Of a DNA stretch of 64,000 nucleotides, positions 21,352 through 31,969 are shown one piece after another (within the stretch, counting starts at the first letter, position 1; every line of letters begins with the position of its first letter). The notes under the pieces were generated by a model that was given only the letters and a program-made list of their open reading frames with translations, was not told the DNA's origin and searched no databases. The DNA lies in assembly GCA_008080735.1 (NCBI GenBank), contig SHMW01000002.1, positions 54,285 to 118,284 of the forward strand, given 5' to 3'. The position numbers and the translations under genes are program-made. Source of the stretch: Promethearchaeota archaeon (GTDB lineage Archaea; Asgardarchaeota; Lokiarchaeia; Sigyniarchaeales; SOKP01).

Positions 21352-22476
21352 ATGGAATATGTTAAATACGGAATAGCGGGCATTGGAGGTGCGTGGATGT
21401 TTCACAGTGCTGGTGCCAGAAATAATAATAAGATCAAGTTTGTATCCGCTTATGATATAGATGAGCGCAAATTAAAGAGAGTTTCACGTATTTATGATAT
21501 GGAATATTATACAGATTATGATATGTTTTTAGAAAGTGATATAGACGCTGTGTTAATAATGGTTCCTCATTATCTACACGAACAACTTGTGGTCAAAGCT
21601 GCTGAAGCAGGAAAACATGTACTCTGTGAGAAACCAATGGCCAACACCCTTGAAGAATGCGATGCGATGATACAAGCTACGCAAGCTGCAGGGGTTAAAT
21701 TCATGATTGCTGAAAACCACAGATTTCTTCCCGCACATAAATATATTGCTCAAGCAGTTCAAGATGGGTTATTAGGGGATATTTTTTTAGTAAGAGCATA
21801 TGAAGGGGTAAATGAAATTCCCGGTCTCATGAATCCTGAGTTATGGAAAGGAGATCTAAAAAAAGCAGGCGGCGGGTCATTGATGGATATGGGAGTTCAT
21901 AAATTTGCCACCATCCAGTGGATCTTAGATGATAATGTTGAGTCTGCTTATAGCTGGTTAACAAAGCAATGCACTAATTTGGATGAAAAGGCAGAAGATA
22001 ATGCGATGATCTTTCTTAAATATAGAAAGGGGACTGTTGTTGATGTGGTTGTTAGTTTCACAGTGGTTTCCCCACCTACAAATTCACTAGAAATTTATGG
22101 GACGAAGGGTACGATTCTTGAAAATCATATGTTGGATGAACCCGTAAAAATTTACTCGAATCACGAACAAATGGGTGATAATAAAGGCAAATGGGTAATT
22201 CCAGAAATCGAGCATGCTCCTTTTCCGAAATATTATGAGATCTCCGCACGTATAGAAGATTCCTATTTTACCGAATGCATTTTAGAAGATAAAACACCAG
22301 AATTTACTCCTGAAGAAGCGAGAGAAGCAATCGCTACCGTACTATTAAGCTATTTATCTGCCCAAATGGGTTATCGAGTTTCTTATGATGAGCTGTTGAG
22401 AATCTACGAAGCGCAAGGTAGTCATGTAATTCTCAATGGAATTCTAAATAATATAGAGAATAATTGTCCAAAATAA
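21352..22476 (+). CDS. Gfo/Idh/MocA oxidoreductase (paralog of 18000-19148)
   Basis: GKHVLCEKPMA, GGGSLMDMGVH. Confidence 0.92.
   Translation: MEYVKYGIAGIGGAWMFHSAGARNNNKIKFVSAYDIDERKLKRVSRIYDMEYYTDYDMFLESDIDAVLIMVPHYLHEQLVVKAAEAGKHVLCEKPMANTLEECDAMIQATQAAGVKFMIAENHRFLPAHKYIAQAVQDGLLGDIFLVRAYEGVNEIPGLMNPELWKGDLKKAGGGSLMDMGVHKFATIQWILDDNVESAYSWLTKQCTNLDEKAEDNAMIFLKYRKGTVVDVVVSFTVVSPPTNSLEIYGTKGTILENHMLDEPVKIYSNHEQMGDNKGKWVIPEIEHAPFPKYYEISARIEDSYFTECILEDKTPEFTPEEAREAIATVLLSYLSAQMGYRVSYDELLRIYEAQGSHVILNGILNNIENNCPK
21657..21731. repeat. Partner copy of the 75-bp inverted segment
   Basis: ATGCGATGCGATGATACAAGCTACGCAAGCTGCAGGGGT... shared with the paralog. Confidence 0.85.
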
Positions 22477-22559
22477 AATATTTTCATCATCTAATGATAC
22501 TCAAAATATTCAGCAATTTTTTCTTACCCACCTTGAAAAATAAAATTAAAAAAAAGCCT

Positions 22560-23522
22560 TTAGATGACTATATTTATCGGAAAATATAGTGCCACTGCCA
22601 ATAATGCAGCCATAGGGAAGGTCAATATCCATACTGCAACTATTTTCCATAAGCCTTTCTTCGTTGGTGCCCGTCTTGCTTTTGATAACCCTATAAGAGA
22701 GGCTACCAACATATGGGATCCTGAAAGTGGAATTCCTAAAAAGGTTCCAGCAAAAAGAATCACAGCAGTTGGAACCTCACTAGCGAATGCTGAGCTAGGA
22801 ACGAGTTCAGTTATATTCCCGACACTTTTTATTACTCTCCTTCCTAAAACTACGATTCCCAGAGAAAAACTCAAACCTACGATTATCAGAATTAAATCCA
22901 CATCAATCCCTAGTCCGACAACTATTCCCGCTGCATTTGAGACATCGTTCCCCGCTCTAGAAAACGCAGTAAGGCAAATAACTCCCAATAGAATATAAGA
23001 AAAAATCTTTTCTGTTCGTTCGAAATCTTTAAATCCGTTTAATTTGCTTATTATTGCTTTATTTATTAATTTGTAGACTACATACGTCGCTACAAAACCT
23101 ATAACCGGTGATAATAGCCACCAAAAGCTCATTTCCAATATCGTAAGCCAATTAACTCCACCAAAACCTCCTAAAATTAAACCAATCCCCATAATGCTCC
23201 CTATTGTTGAATGTGTAGTAGATATAGGAGCCCCCAACGCGGAAGATACAATAAGCCAAATGGATGTGGATATGAGGATTGTAAGCACTACGGCATAAGA
23301 TACTTCGATTGTTAGTAACTCTTTTCCAACTGTCTCACTAACGGCTCTCCCTAAGAAAAAGGCCCCTGCGATTGCTAAAATGGTTGCTAAAACCAGTAAT
23401 TCTTTCATCATTAGTGTCTTAGAGCCGTGAACTGTGGCGAAAGTCTCGTCATTTGCTCCAATCGCAAATGCTATGAAGATAGAAATTACGATAAATATCG
23501 GGATAATTGAAAAATCTGCCAT
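22560..23522 (-). CDS. Inorganic phosphate transporter (PiT family)
   Basis: GAND and GNDVSN signature motifs, PISTTH. Confidence 0.92.
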   Translation of the reverse strand: MADFSIIPIFIVISIFIAFAIGANDETFATVHGSKTLMMKELLVLATILAIAGAFFLGRAVSETVGKELLTIEVSYAVVLTILISTSIWLIVSSALGAPISTTHSTIGSIMGIGLILGGFGGVNWLTILEMSFWWLLSPVIGFVATYVVYKLINKAIISKLNGFKDFERTEKIFSYILLGVICLTAFSRAGNDVSNAAGIVVGLGIDVDLILIIVGLSFSLGIVVLGRRVIKSVGNITELVPSSAFASEVPTAVILFAGTFLGIPLSGSHMLVASLIGLSKARRAPTKKGLWKIVAVWILTFPMAALLAVALYFPINIVI

Positions 23523-23539
23523 ATTAAGCTCATCTCCAA

Positions 23540-24199
23540 TTATCTCGTGGGATATTTTATGATTAAACCACGTAAATAGTCTGCAATATCTTCAATCCAT
23601 GCTATAACGTTATATACATTATTTACCAATTTAGAAGTTAGTAATACTCTGGTGGGTTCCTCTGTTTTTTTGTAAATTGTCTCCAGCAAACTATATCTTA
23701 ATTTTCGAGCTTCTCTTCTCATTTTTTCTATCTCAATTGTTTTTTCATAAGCCCCATCAAAATTGGTTTCCATTAACTCTAATGTGTCAATAAGCATTTT
23801 AATTAGCGAATAACATGTATTACATAGCTTTTTAAAATCTTCAGAAATGTCGTCATATAAGTCAAATGGATAAATTTTGAGAAAACGAGCAATAAATTCA
23901 ACTTTACCCAGAGCCTCATCTACCATTGTAATAATCTTGTACCTATCCTCAACGAGAAAAGGAAGGGCGCGTTTATCTTGAAATAAAACTTGAATATATT
24001 TTTCTTTGATTCGATCACATTTGCGTTCTGACTCAATAACTTCATCCAATCTAGTTTTATCGAGTTTATTGGTTATGAAATCCTTCATAATTTCATTTAG
24101 AACCGAAGCACCCTCTAAAAATTGGGCATTGTATTCCTTTGCTATTTGGTCTATACTTTTATGTGTGTCCTTACTTTTCATAATGAATTTCCTTTTCAT
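23540..24199 (-). CDS. DUF47 / PhoU-like phosphate transport regulator
   Basis: E...D repeats (ERKCD; EDIAD); directly upstream of the PiT gene. Confidence 0.85.
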   Translation of the reverse strand: MKRKFIMKSKDTHKSIDQIAKEYNAQFLEGASVLNEIMKDFITNKLDKTRLDEVIESERKCDRIKEKYIQVLFQDKRALPFLVEDRYKIITMVDEALGKVEFIARFLKIYPFDLYDDISEDFKKLCNTCYSLIKMLIDTLELMETNFDGAYEKTIEIEKMRREARKLRYSLLETIYKKTEEPTRVLLTSKLVNNVYNVIAWIEDIADYLRGLIIKYPTR

Positions 24200-24323
24200 A
24201 TATGATAAATATATAGAAATATATATCTGATTTTTAAAAAGATTTTGTTCTCAAATATAAAAAGATCCACTACGTTATATGAATTTTCATGGACTAAAAA
24301 AGAAAAAAAGAAGAGTAGAACTT

Positions 24324-25625
24324 TTATTGAGAGATCTCGGAGATCTCTTCCTTTATTTGCTCTTGGGCCAATTTAGGTAGCTTTTCTTTGGCAAAAATTA
24401 GTGGAATTATTGCTGGAATCATTATAAATGCAGCTACTACGAAAATCAAAAAATTTGGAACAAAAGAAGGTATTCCGTCGATTATTTTAAACGTACCATA
24501 TACTTCAGAGATTGATCCTCCTATCCACGAACCTATTACCATGGGAATTGTCGCAGCGAATAGGACATAATAACCGCTGAATTGCCCACGCTTTTTTGCG
24601 GGAAAGAGGTCTCTCATCCATGCATTCGCAGAAATATTCCATCCGGTCATAAATAATTGAGTAAACACTCCCGCAAAGATTAATATCCATAGGTTAGCAC
24701 TAATTATGAACAGAAATAATGATAAAGCATTAGCGATTACGCAAAAAATGGTTATCTTTTTTCTCCCGATTTTATCGATTAAAATTCCTATTGGATAAGC
24801 TAGAATTAGATTTATGATAAAACCTATGAAGACGACGAGTGCTGCAGTCATAAAATCTAATCCTAGAGAATATTCTAAGTATATAAGAATAAACGGAAAG
24901 AACACATTGAATGCTGTAGCCCATATGAGCATTCCTAAAAGAATTAGAAATACGTCCTTATTTTTTTTGATTATATCCACGTTATAAGTCTCTTTTATGT
25001 GCTGTTTTATAGTCAGTCCAGAGGATTTGAGATCTTTTGGGTCTTTGGAAAGATATGCGCCATATACACCCAATATCCCTACAACGGCGCCCATTATGTA
25101 GAAAAAATTATAAAATCCAATAGACTCAACAATTATTCCAGCCATTCCATACACGATGAGCGTTGAAAATAACATAGTTAATTGCAATACTCCCATTCCT
25201 TTACCTCGATTCTTCATTGTAGTGATATCAGTGATGTAAGCATTGAAGGCAGCATCAAATGCCGTGGAACCGAAATAGGTCATTATACAATCAAAAATAA
25301 TTGCAACCGCTACTGCGAGAAGAGGGAGAGTTATTAATCCTGCCACGGGGTAAATAGCCGTTGTTATTGCCCACAATATAAATCCATAAAACATGAAGAT
25401 TCTGCGTTTTCCTTTAATATCTGAAACTGCACCCATAATTATAGCGGTAAGTGCTGCCGTGATTGCTCATGCCCCCACCATAATTGAAATGAAAAGTGGT
25501 CTACCTGCAATTTCTTTGTACATGAAAACATTATAAAATTGATTTTCGATCGCCCAAGCTAAGTTGCCCGCAAGTCCTACTAGCAATATGATTATAGTAT
25601 TCCGTCTTGATAATTTTTCTTCCAT
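24324..25625 (-). pseudogene. MFS transporter interrupted by one in-frame TGA (25467-25469)
   Basis: Frame from ATG 25625 (MEEKLSRRNT...AWAIENQ...) continues through TGA into the 24324-25436 ORF; MFS motif A present (G.VSD..GKRR; G.LIDKIGRK). Confidence 0.8.
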
Positions 25626-25759
25626 TTTTAAAAACTTGTTTTTATAATTAGATGTTAGATAAATTTAGGATATTACATATAATAAAGATTTAACATTAAA
25701 TAGAGAATAATTTACTAAGGACCCGATTAAGGATTTCATCTGAAAATTCCTAATGTATA

Positions 25760-26914
25760 TTATGGATGCCCAGAAGTTAAATAAGTTGGAAGGAATATTG
25801 GTTTTTTCAACTTCTGATAATCTAATTTAGTATCAAAATCATTTACCATAAGCACGCTTGCTTTAAGCTTTAGAAATCCTAAACGAATGAGACCACTATG
25901 TAGAACGTGGTTTTTCCTATCACCCGAAAATATTATAATCCCAAGTTTCCTTTTAATAGCCGCTTTCATTACCTTATCGAGTAAATAAGAATAGACTAAT
26001 ATTCTTAATGTTCGCGTAGGAATTCTCTCCAGATCTATATAGAGTTCATGAATTATTCCAATTTTTAGAATTAGATGAAATTGGGAGAAATAGAATTTTT
26101 CATAGGTTAAAGATGCACCTCCGATAATATGGGTATTTTTCTTGATAAATACATAGCTTGGGATTTCCCTCTCGTATGGGACATCTATTTTCGCCCATTT
26201 AAGTTTTTTAAGTGTATATTTAGAATTAAAATCATAATATTTAGGAATAATTGTGTTTATGGACTGCCGGTATTTTATATGTCCCTTGCCATGGCATATT
26301 TCGAAACCAATATCTTTGAAAAATGAGTTTAATTTAGTTGCTATTTTTATAATACTCCGTGGAAAAAGAGAAATTAACATAATCAGCGGAAAAAGTGGGA
26401 AAAATTGAGGTAACATTTGAATTAGCCTTGTGGGGGCGGGAAAATTAAAATAAACATTTAGAGGTCTCACATCCTGAAAACCAAATTTTAGATATATTTT
26501 ATTCCTTGCTATGCTATCGGACCCCGTAACCAGCATCGCTAGATCGCATCCTTTCTGTTTCATATATTTTACAGCCATCTTCATCAAACAAGTGGCAATT
26601 CCCTGTCTTGTATAGTCAGGATCACAAGATACATCATTAATATGCCCAACGAGATATTCCTTACCTTTACATCTCATCTTTTCTATTGGATTAACATAAA
26701 TCGCACCTACTATTCGCTTTTTTTCCATATCCTCTGCAATCTGTATCATCTCGGGTTCAAAACCGGGAGATTGAATATATCTCCATCTGATAGATCTTTT
26801 TGTCCGAATGAAACTCTTTCCGTTCATTTGGAAAGCTCTCATAAATAAAAGTGCTAACCCTGGTTCATCACCTCTCTTATAATTTCGATAATTTATAGTT
26901 TCCATGTATCTCAA
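25760..26914 (-). CDS. GNAT family N-acetyltransferase
   Basis: DVSCDPDYTRQGIAT acetyl-CoA motif; YLKFGF. Confidence 0.85.
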   Translation of the reverse strand: MRYMETINYRNYKRGDEPGLALLFMRAFQMNGKSFIRTKRSIRWRYIQSPGFEPEMIQIAEDMEKKRIVGAIYVNPIEKMRCKGKEYLVGHINDVSCDPDYTRQGIATCLMKMAVKYMKQKGCDLAMLVTGSDSIARNKIYLKFGFQDVRPLNVYFNFPAPTRLIQMLPQFFPLFPLIMLISLFPRSIIKIATKLNSFFKDIGFEICHGKGHIKYRQSINTIIPKYYDFNSKYTLKKLKWAKIDVPYEREIPSYVFIKKNTHIIGGASLTYEKFYFSQFHLILKIGIIHELYIDLERIPTRTLRILVYSYLLDKVMKAAIKRKLGIIIFSGDRKNHVLHSGLIRLGFLKLKASVLMVNDFDTKLDYQKLKKPIFLPTYLTSGHP

Positions 26915-26988
26915 ATCTTTAATATGATTGAAATATTAAAATTTTTATACTTAATACTATATTTAAAATATTATAGAATAAATAAAGC

Positions 26989-27351
26989 GTGAGTGGAATG
27001 AGTGATAATTTATCAGGAGTGCTTGAAAGTCTTAAAGCTATAAAAGGAGTTCATGGTGCGGCATTAATCGAAAAGTTTGGTCTTATTAAAGGGAGTGCGT
27101 TGCCTGGTTGGGTAGATCCCGAAGCAGTAGCCGCTATGGTGACGCTTATCCTAAAAGCCTCTCAGAGAGCTACGAAAGAATTGGAACAAGGGAAATTTAA
27201 TAACGCGATTATCGAAAGTGAAAATGGAAAGATTTTATTTACTGAAATCAAAGGGAATGTGCTATGTATTATAACCACGGTGGATGCTAAGCTAGGAATT
27301 ATTAATCTGAAGCTGGACGCGGCTTCAAAGACGATTGCGGCACAAATATAA
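26989..27351 (+). CDS. Roadblock/LC7 (MglB/LAMTOR-like) domain protein
   Basis: L..IKGV.GAALI...GL, VAAM, LEQG.F....IE...GK, AKLG motifs. Confidence 0.9.
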   Translation: MSGMSDNLSGVLESLKAIKGVHGAALIEKFGLIKGSALPGWVDPEAVAAMVTLILKASQRATKELEQGKFNNAIIESENGKILFTEIKGNVLCIITTVDAKLGIINLKLDAASKTIAAQI

Positions 27352-27416
27352 AACTTTTTTTATTTCTTAATTTTAATTCAAGGCATTTCAGTATTAGTCC
27401 GAATAATTACTTTCAT

Positions 27417-28907
27417 TTAATTTTCGAGGTAATCATCCATATTTCTGATGAGGAGTTCTCGTGTAATTTCTGGATCCGCTGTCCCTCGAGTTTTTGCCAT
27501 ACATTTACCGATCAAGGCTTCTAATGCCCGGGGGTTATCCTTATAGTCTTTAATAATTGCGGGATTCTCCTCCAAAACTTCTCTTACAATAGATTCAAGT
27601 TTTTTCTTATCAGCTAACCGTTTTTTTCCGCTTTCTTTGATAATATTCGCAAGCGATTTTCCTTTCATGAGCTTATCAACAAATGATTTTGCGATCTTTC
27701 CTGTGATTTCTCCGTCTTGAATTTTCTCAATAAGATTCGCCAATTCTTCTGGTTTTAATTCTGTCTCTAAGATATTTTTATTATGTTCATTAAGCCATCG
27801 TGAAATGTCTCCCATTAACCAGTTGCAATACATTTTATATTCCTCATCTCCAAAATTGGCTTTAAAATGAATGCCTTCTTCGTAGAAATCTGCGATATTC
27901 TTATCCAATACAAGTATTTCAGAATCGAATTCAGATAAATGATAATCCTTTTGGAAACGGTTCATTCGTACATTAGGCATTTCAGGGAGCTCTGCTTTAA
28001 CTTTATTTATAAAATCATCATCAAGGTTGATGGGAACTAAATCTTGTTCTGGAAAATACCGATAATCCTTTTCAAATTCTTTCGATCTCAGTCCAATAGT
28101 AACCCGTCTATCGTCATCCCAATGGCGCGTTTCTTGAATAGGTTCTTTTCCATGTTTTATAAGATTTTTCTGTCTTCGTATTTCCCACTTTAAGGCTCGC
28201 TCCACTTCCTTAAAACTGTTAATATTTTTGACCTCGCTACGTGGATACCCCTCAATAGAAATATTCGCATCTACACGTACCGAGCCTTCCAAATCTAAAT
28301 CAGCGATGCCAGTATATTGGATAACAGATTTTAAATTGTTCAGAAATTCTCTTGCTTCTCGTGGGGATCTTATAACTGGTTCAGTGACAATTTCTATCAG
28401 TGTTATTCCAGAACGGTTATAATCCACCAGCGTATATGGTGAGGAGGCAATGCTGCCTTTATGTACTAATCGTGCAGGATCCTCTTCAAGATGAATCCTA
28501 TTTAACGAAATTTCTTTCTTTTCGCTATTGGATCGAATAATTATATGTCCACGATCTCCAAAAGCTTTTCCGCCAGCTTTATTGTACTGGCTCACTTGAA
28601 ATCCTTTAGGGAGGTCGGGATAAAAATAATTCTTACGAAAAAACCAGAATTCTTTATTGATATCACACTCTAATGCAAGCGCCAATCGTGTGGCAAATTC
28701 TATCGCTTTTTTATTTATTACAGGAAGTGATCCTGGAAAGCCTAAACATATCGGACATACCAGTGTATTCGGTTCTTTTCCACGATAATCACTGCTACAG
28801 CTACAGAAAAGTTTTGTATTTAGATTAGTTAATTGGATATGAACTTCAAGTCCGATAACCACTCCATTCTTTTTACTCTTCATATTAGTTGCCACCTCCT
28901 TTAGCAA
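27417..28907 (-). CDS. gatB: Asp/Glu-tRNA amidotransferase subunit B
   Basis: IGLEVHIQL, RKNYFYPDLPKG, HLEED, DYNRSG..LIEIVTEP, DYRYFPE. Confidence 0.97.
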   Translation of the reverse strand: MLKEVATNMKSKKNGVVIGLEVHIQLTNLNTKLFCSCSSDYRGKEPNTLVCPICLGFPGSLPVINKKAIEFATRLALALECDINKEFWFFRKNYFYPDLPKGFQVSQYNKAGGKAFGDRGHIIIRSNSEKKEISLNRIHLEEDPARLVHKGSIASSPYTLVDYNRSGITLIEIVTEPVIRSPREAREFLNNLKSVIQYTGIADLDLEGSVRVDANISIEGYPRSEVKNINSFKEVERALKWEIRRQKNLIKHGKEPIQETRHWDDDRRVTIGLRSKEFEKDYRYFPEQDLVPINLDDDFINKVKAELPEMPNVRMNRFQKDYHLSEFDSEILVLDKNIADFYEEGIHFKANFGDEEYKMYCNWLMGDISRWLNEHNKNILETELKPEELANLIEKIQDGEITGKIAKSFVDKLMKGKSLANIIKESGKKRLADKKKLESIVREVLEENPAIIKDYKDNPRALEALIGKCMAKTRGTADPEITRELLIRNMDDYLEN

Positions 28908-30381
28908 GTGAAGGCATTTTATGATAGATGTCTAATTTTTGCTCCAGTTTGTATCCAATATTTAGGATTTCCTTTTCATCGAAATAATTTCCAATAATCT
29001 GAAACCCGATGGGTAGATCATCGTTATCGAATCCACACGGAATGGATAGTGCTGGTAATCCAGCTAAATTAACAGGACAAGTCAATACATCCATTAAATA
29101 CATTTGTAATGGATCATCTACCAATTCCCCAATTTTAAAGGCGGTTGTAGGCATTGTGGGAGAAACAATTAGATCGCACGTTTCAAATGCTTTTTGAAAG
29201 TCTTGTCTGATTAGGCTCCGTACTTTTAAGGCTTTTATGTAAAACATATTGTAATATCCAGCAGATAATGAATAGGTTCCAAGAATTATTCTACGTCTTA
29301 CTTCTTCTCCAAATTTTTCCCCCCTCGTATGACTAAATGCTTCAAAAATATCTTTATCTGATATTTTAACCATTTTTCCATATCTTAGACCATCAAATCG
29401 GGCAAGATTGGAGCTCGCTTCGCTCATCGCAATGATATAATAAGTTGGAATTGAATACTTTAGATGAGGAAGAGAAATTTCTGTGATTTCCACTCCCATT
29501 TGTTCTAGTTCCTTAAATGAGCTCTGAACTTTACGTTTTACTTCTTGATCAATACCTTCACCAAAAAATTCTTTTGGAATACCTATTGTTTTTCCTTGGA
29601 TTGGCGTATCTAAATATTCTGTGTATTTGTCGATTTTTTGTTCAACTGTAGTTGAATCAAGATGGTCATAACCTGCTATTAATTCTAAAAGCAATGCAGC
29701 ATCCTTTACACATTGAGTGATTGGACCAATCACATCTAACGAATTAGCATATGCTATTAATCCATATCGAGAGACTCTCCCGTAAGTAGGTTTTAGTCCT
29801 ACAACACCGCAATATGATGCGGGACAGCGGATACTTCCCCCTGTATCACTTCCTAAGGCAAAGAGAGATTGTCCTGCTGCAATACAAGCACCTGACCCTC
29901 CGCTTGATCCTCCAGGAACGCGATCTAAGTCCCAAGGATTATAGGTAGGACCATAACAACTATTCTCTGTTGAGGATCCCATGGCAAATTCGTCCATGTT
30001 CGTCCTTCCGATACAAATTCCGTTTTCTTGCTCAAGCAGTTTTTTTGAAACCGTAGCATGATATGGTGGTCTATATCCTTTAAGAATTTCCGAACAACAT
30101 GTGGTCGGACTATTTTTCACACAAATTAAATCTTTAATTGCGATAGGAACACCATATAATCTTCCCAAATCCATCCCTTTCTTAAATTTTGAATCTAATT
30201 CTTTCGCTCTTTTAAATGCTTTTTTTTCTTCTAAATGGACAAAAGAATGTACCTTATCTTCAGTTTGATTTATTTGTTGAAATATTAATTCTGTAATCTC
30301 TGTTACAGTGAATTCTTCCGCTTTTATCTTCTCAATTAGTTCATACCCCATGTATTCACTGATATTCATTGATTCTCCCAA
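28885..30381 (-). CDS. gatA: Asp/Glu-tRNA amidotransferase subunit A
   Basis: Amidase signature GGSSGGS, GSDTGGSIR, SSNLARFDG.RYG. Confidence 0.97.
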   Translation of the reverse strand: MGESMNISEYMGYELIEKIKAEEFTVTEITELIFQQINQTEDKVHSFVHLEEKKAFKRAKELDSKFKKGMDLGRLYGVPIAIKDLICVKNSPTTCCSEILKGYRPPYHATVSKKLLEQENGICIGRTNMDEFAMGSSTENSCYGPTYNPWDLDRVPGGSSGGSGACIAAGQSLFALGSDTGGSIRCPASYCGVVGLKPTYGRVSRYGLIAYANSLDVIGPITQCVKDAALLLELIAGYDHLDSTTVEQKIDKYTEYLDTPIQGKTIGIPKEFFGEGIDQEVKRKVQSSFKELEQMGVEITEISLPHLKYSIPTYYIIAMSEASSNLARFDGLRYGKMVKISDKDIFEAFSHTRGEKFGEEVRRRIILGTYSLSAGYYNMFYIKALKVRSLIRQDFQKAFETCDLIVSPTMPTTAFKIGELVDDPLQMYLMDVLTCPVNLAGLPALSIPCGFDNDDLPIGFQIIGNYFDEKEILNIGYKLEQKLDIYHKMPSLAKGGGN

Positions 30382-30549
30382 ATTTTAGATGATTTAGACT
30401 GAATTGTGTATATTTACCTTACTATATTTAGTCTAGTATTTCTAAAAAGTTTGATTAAATTTCCCCTCTAAAAGCTTCGAAAGACTATTCTTAATCTTAA
30501 ATATTGAGATTACGATTTTTTTGGAAATAAAAAGGTCATATTGGATTAA

Positions 30550-31857
30550 TTAAGGTTCTTTTCTGTCCATCGTACGGGGAAAAGGAATAGCGTCTTTTAT
30601 ATTGTCCAAACCGCATATCCATGAAACTACTCTCTCAACACCTACTCCATAACCGGAGTGAGGAACACTTCCATATCTTCTTAGGTCAAAATACCACTCG
30701 TATTTACTAGGATCTTCCCCTTCTTTTTCTAATCTTTGTTTCATGTTTTTAATGGACAAACTCCTCTGGGATCCACCGATAATTTCGCAATATCCCTCAG
30801 GTGCTATCATATCGAAACATAATGCCTCTTCTGGATTTTCCTCACTGGGTGGTTTATAAAATCCCATAATCTCTGTAGGATAATGAGTAACCACGACTGG
30901 GACATTAAAATGCTCAGCCAATGTCTTTTCCTCATTCGTTCTCAAATCTTTCCCCCAGGGAACATTCATATCATAAGTATTGTTTAGAATTTCCAAAGCT
31001 TTAGCATATTTAATCGTGGGATATTTTGCATTAACATATTTTTCTAGTATTGAAATATCTCGTTCTAATATTTCTAAATCTTTCTTATTTTTATTTATAA
31101 CCTCAGATATAATAAATCGTATTTCATCTTTTGCAACTTCAATAATTTCATCAAGCTCCATCCATGCGGCTTCCATTTCAGCCATCCAAAATTCTGAGAG
31201 ATGTCTGGATGTACTTGATTTTTCTGCTCTAAATGTGGGACCCATATTGTAAATTTTCCCTAATGAGAATATTCCCGCTTCTGCGTATAATTGCCAAGAT
31301 TGACTTAAATAGACAAAATCCTCGAAATAATCCACTTTAAACAAAGTTGCGCCTCCCTCTGACATACTAGGTTGAAAAATAGGCGCATCGAATTCAAAAT
31401 ATCCCCGATTTCTAAAAAATTCGTGAATCGCTCCGACGATTGTATGTCTAATTTTCAGAATGGCTTTAATTTTTCGTGATCTTAACCATAAATGCCGATT
31501 TTCAAGAAGTAATTCAATAGATTGATATTCTGTTATCGGGAATGGATCAGCTATTTGGACAACCTTTAATTCCGTAACTCCTAATTCATAACCGGTAGGT
31601 GCTCTACTATCTTCTCGTAATTCTCCTCTTATTTTTATAGATGATTCAATGGTTAGATCTTGCGCTTTTTCGAACAATTTAGGTGTTTTATTTTTTTTAA
31701 TTACACACTGAATTATGTCCGACTCATCTCGGAGTACGATGAAGATGAATTTATTAGATTTTCGTTCCCGGTACACCCATCCCCTTAAATTAAATTGTGT
31801 TTCTTCTGGAAATCTTCTAATTGCCTCCTCTATTGTGATATATTTTGAATCTTTCAT
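30550..31857 (-). CDS. asnS: Asparagine--tRNA ligase
   Basis: OB-fold anticodon domain, LSQSWQLY, FRAEKS.TSRHLSEFW, WY.DLRRYGSVPHSG.G.G.ER. Confidence 0.9.
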   Translation of the reverse strand: MKDSKYITIEEAIRRFPEETQFNLRGWVYRERKSNKFIFIVLRDESDIIQCVIKKNKTPKLFEKAQDLTIESSIKIRGELREDSRAPTGYELGVTELKVVQIADPFPITEYQSIELLLENRHLWLRSRKIKAILKIRHTIVGAIHEFFRNRGYFEFDAPIFQPSMSEGGATLFKVDYFEDFVYLSQSWQLYAEAGIFSLGKIYNMGPTFRAEKSSTSRHLSEFWMAEMEAAWMELDEIIEVAKDEIRFIISEVINKNKKDLEILERDISILEKYVNAKYPTIKYAKALEILNNTYDMNVPWGKDLRTNEEKTLAEHFNVPVVVTHYPTEIMGFYKPPSEENPEEALCFDMIAPEGYCEIIGGSQRSLSIKNMKQRLEKEGEDPSKYEWYFDLRRYGSVPHSGYGVGVERVVSWICGLDNIKDAIPFPRTMDRKEP

Positions 31858-31969
31858 ATTTCGATTAAAAAAGTGTTAGACACTTTAAATAAATGTCTCT
31901 TTTGTTTATATTTATTGAAAATATCAAAATAATTGCTATAGTCCATTGATGGAGGAGATTAACCTTTTT

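Noticed and set aside
25467-25469. Selenocysteine recoding of the MFS TGA
   Set aside because: The site is in a TM helix with no redox motif, and I could not fold a convincing SECIS downstream.
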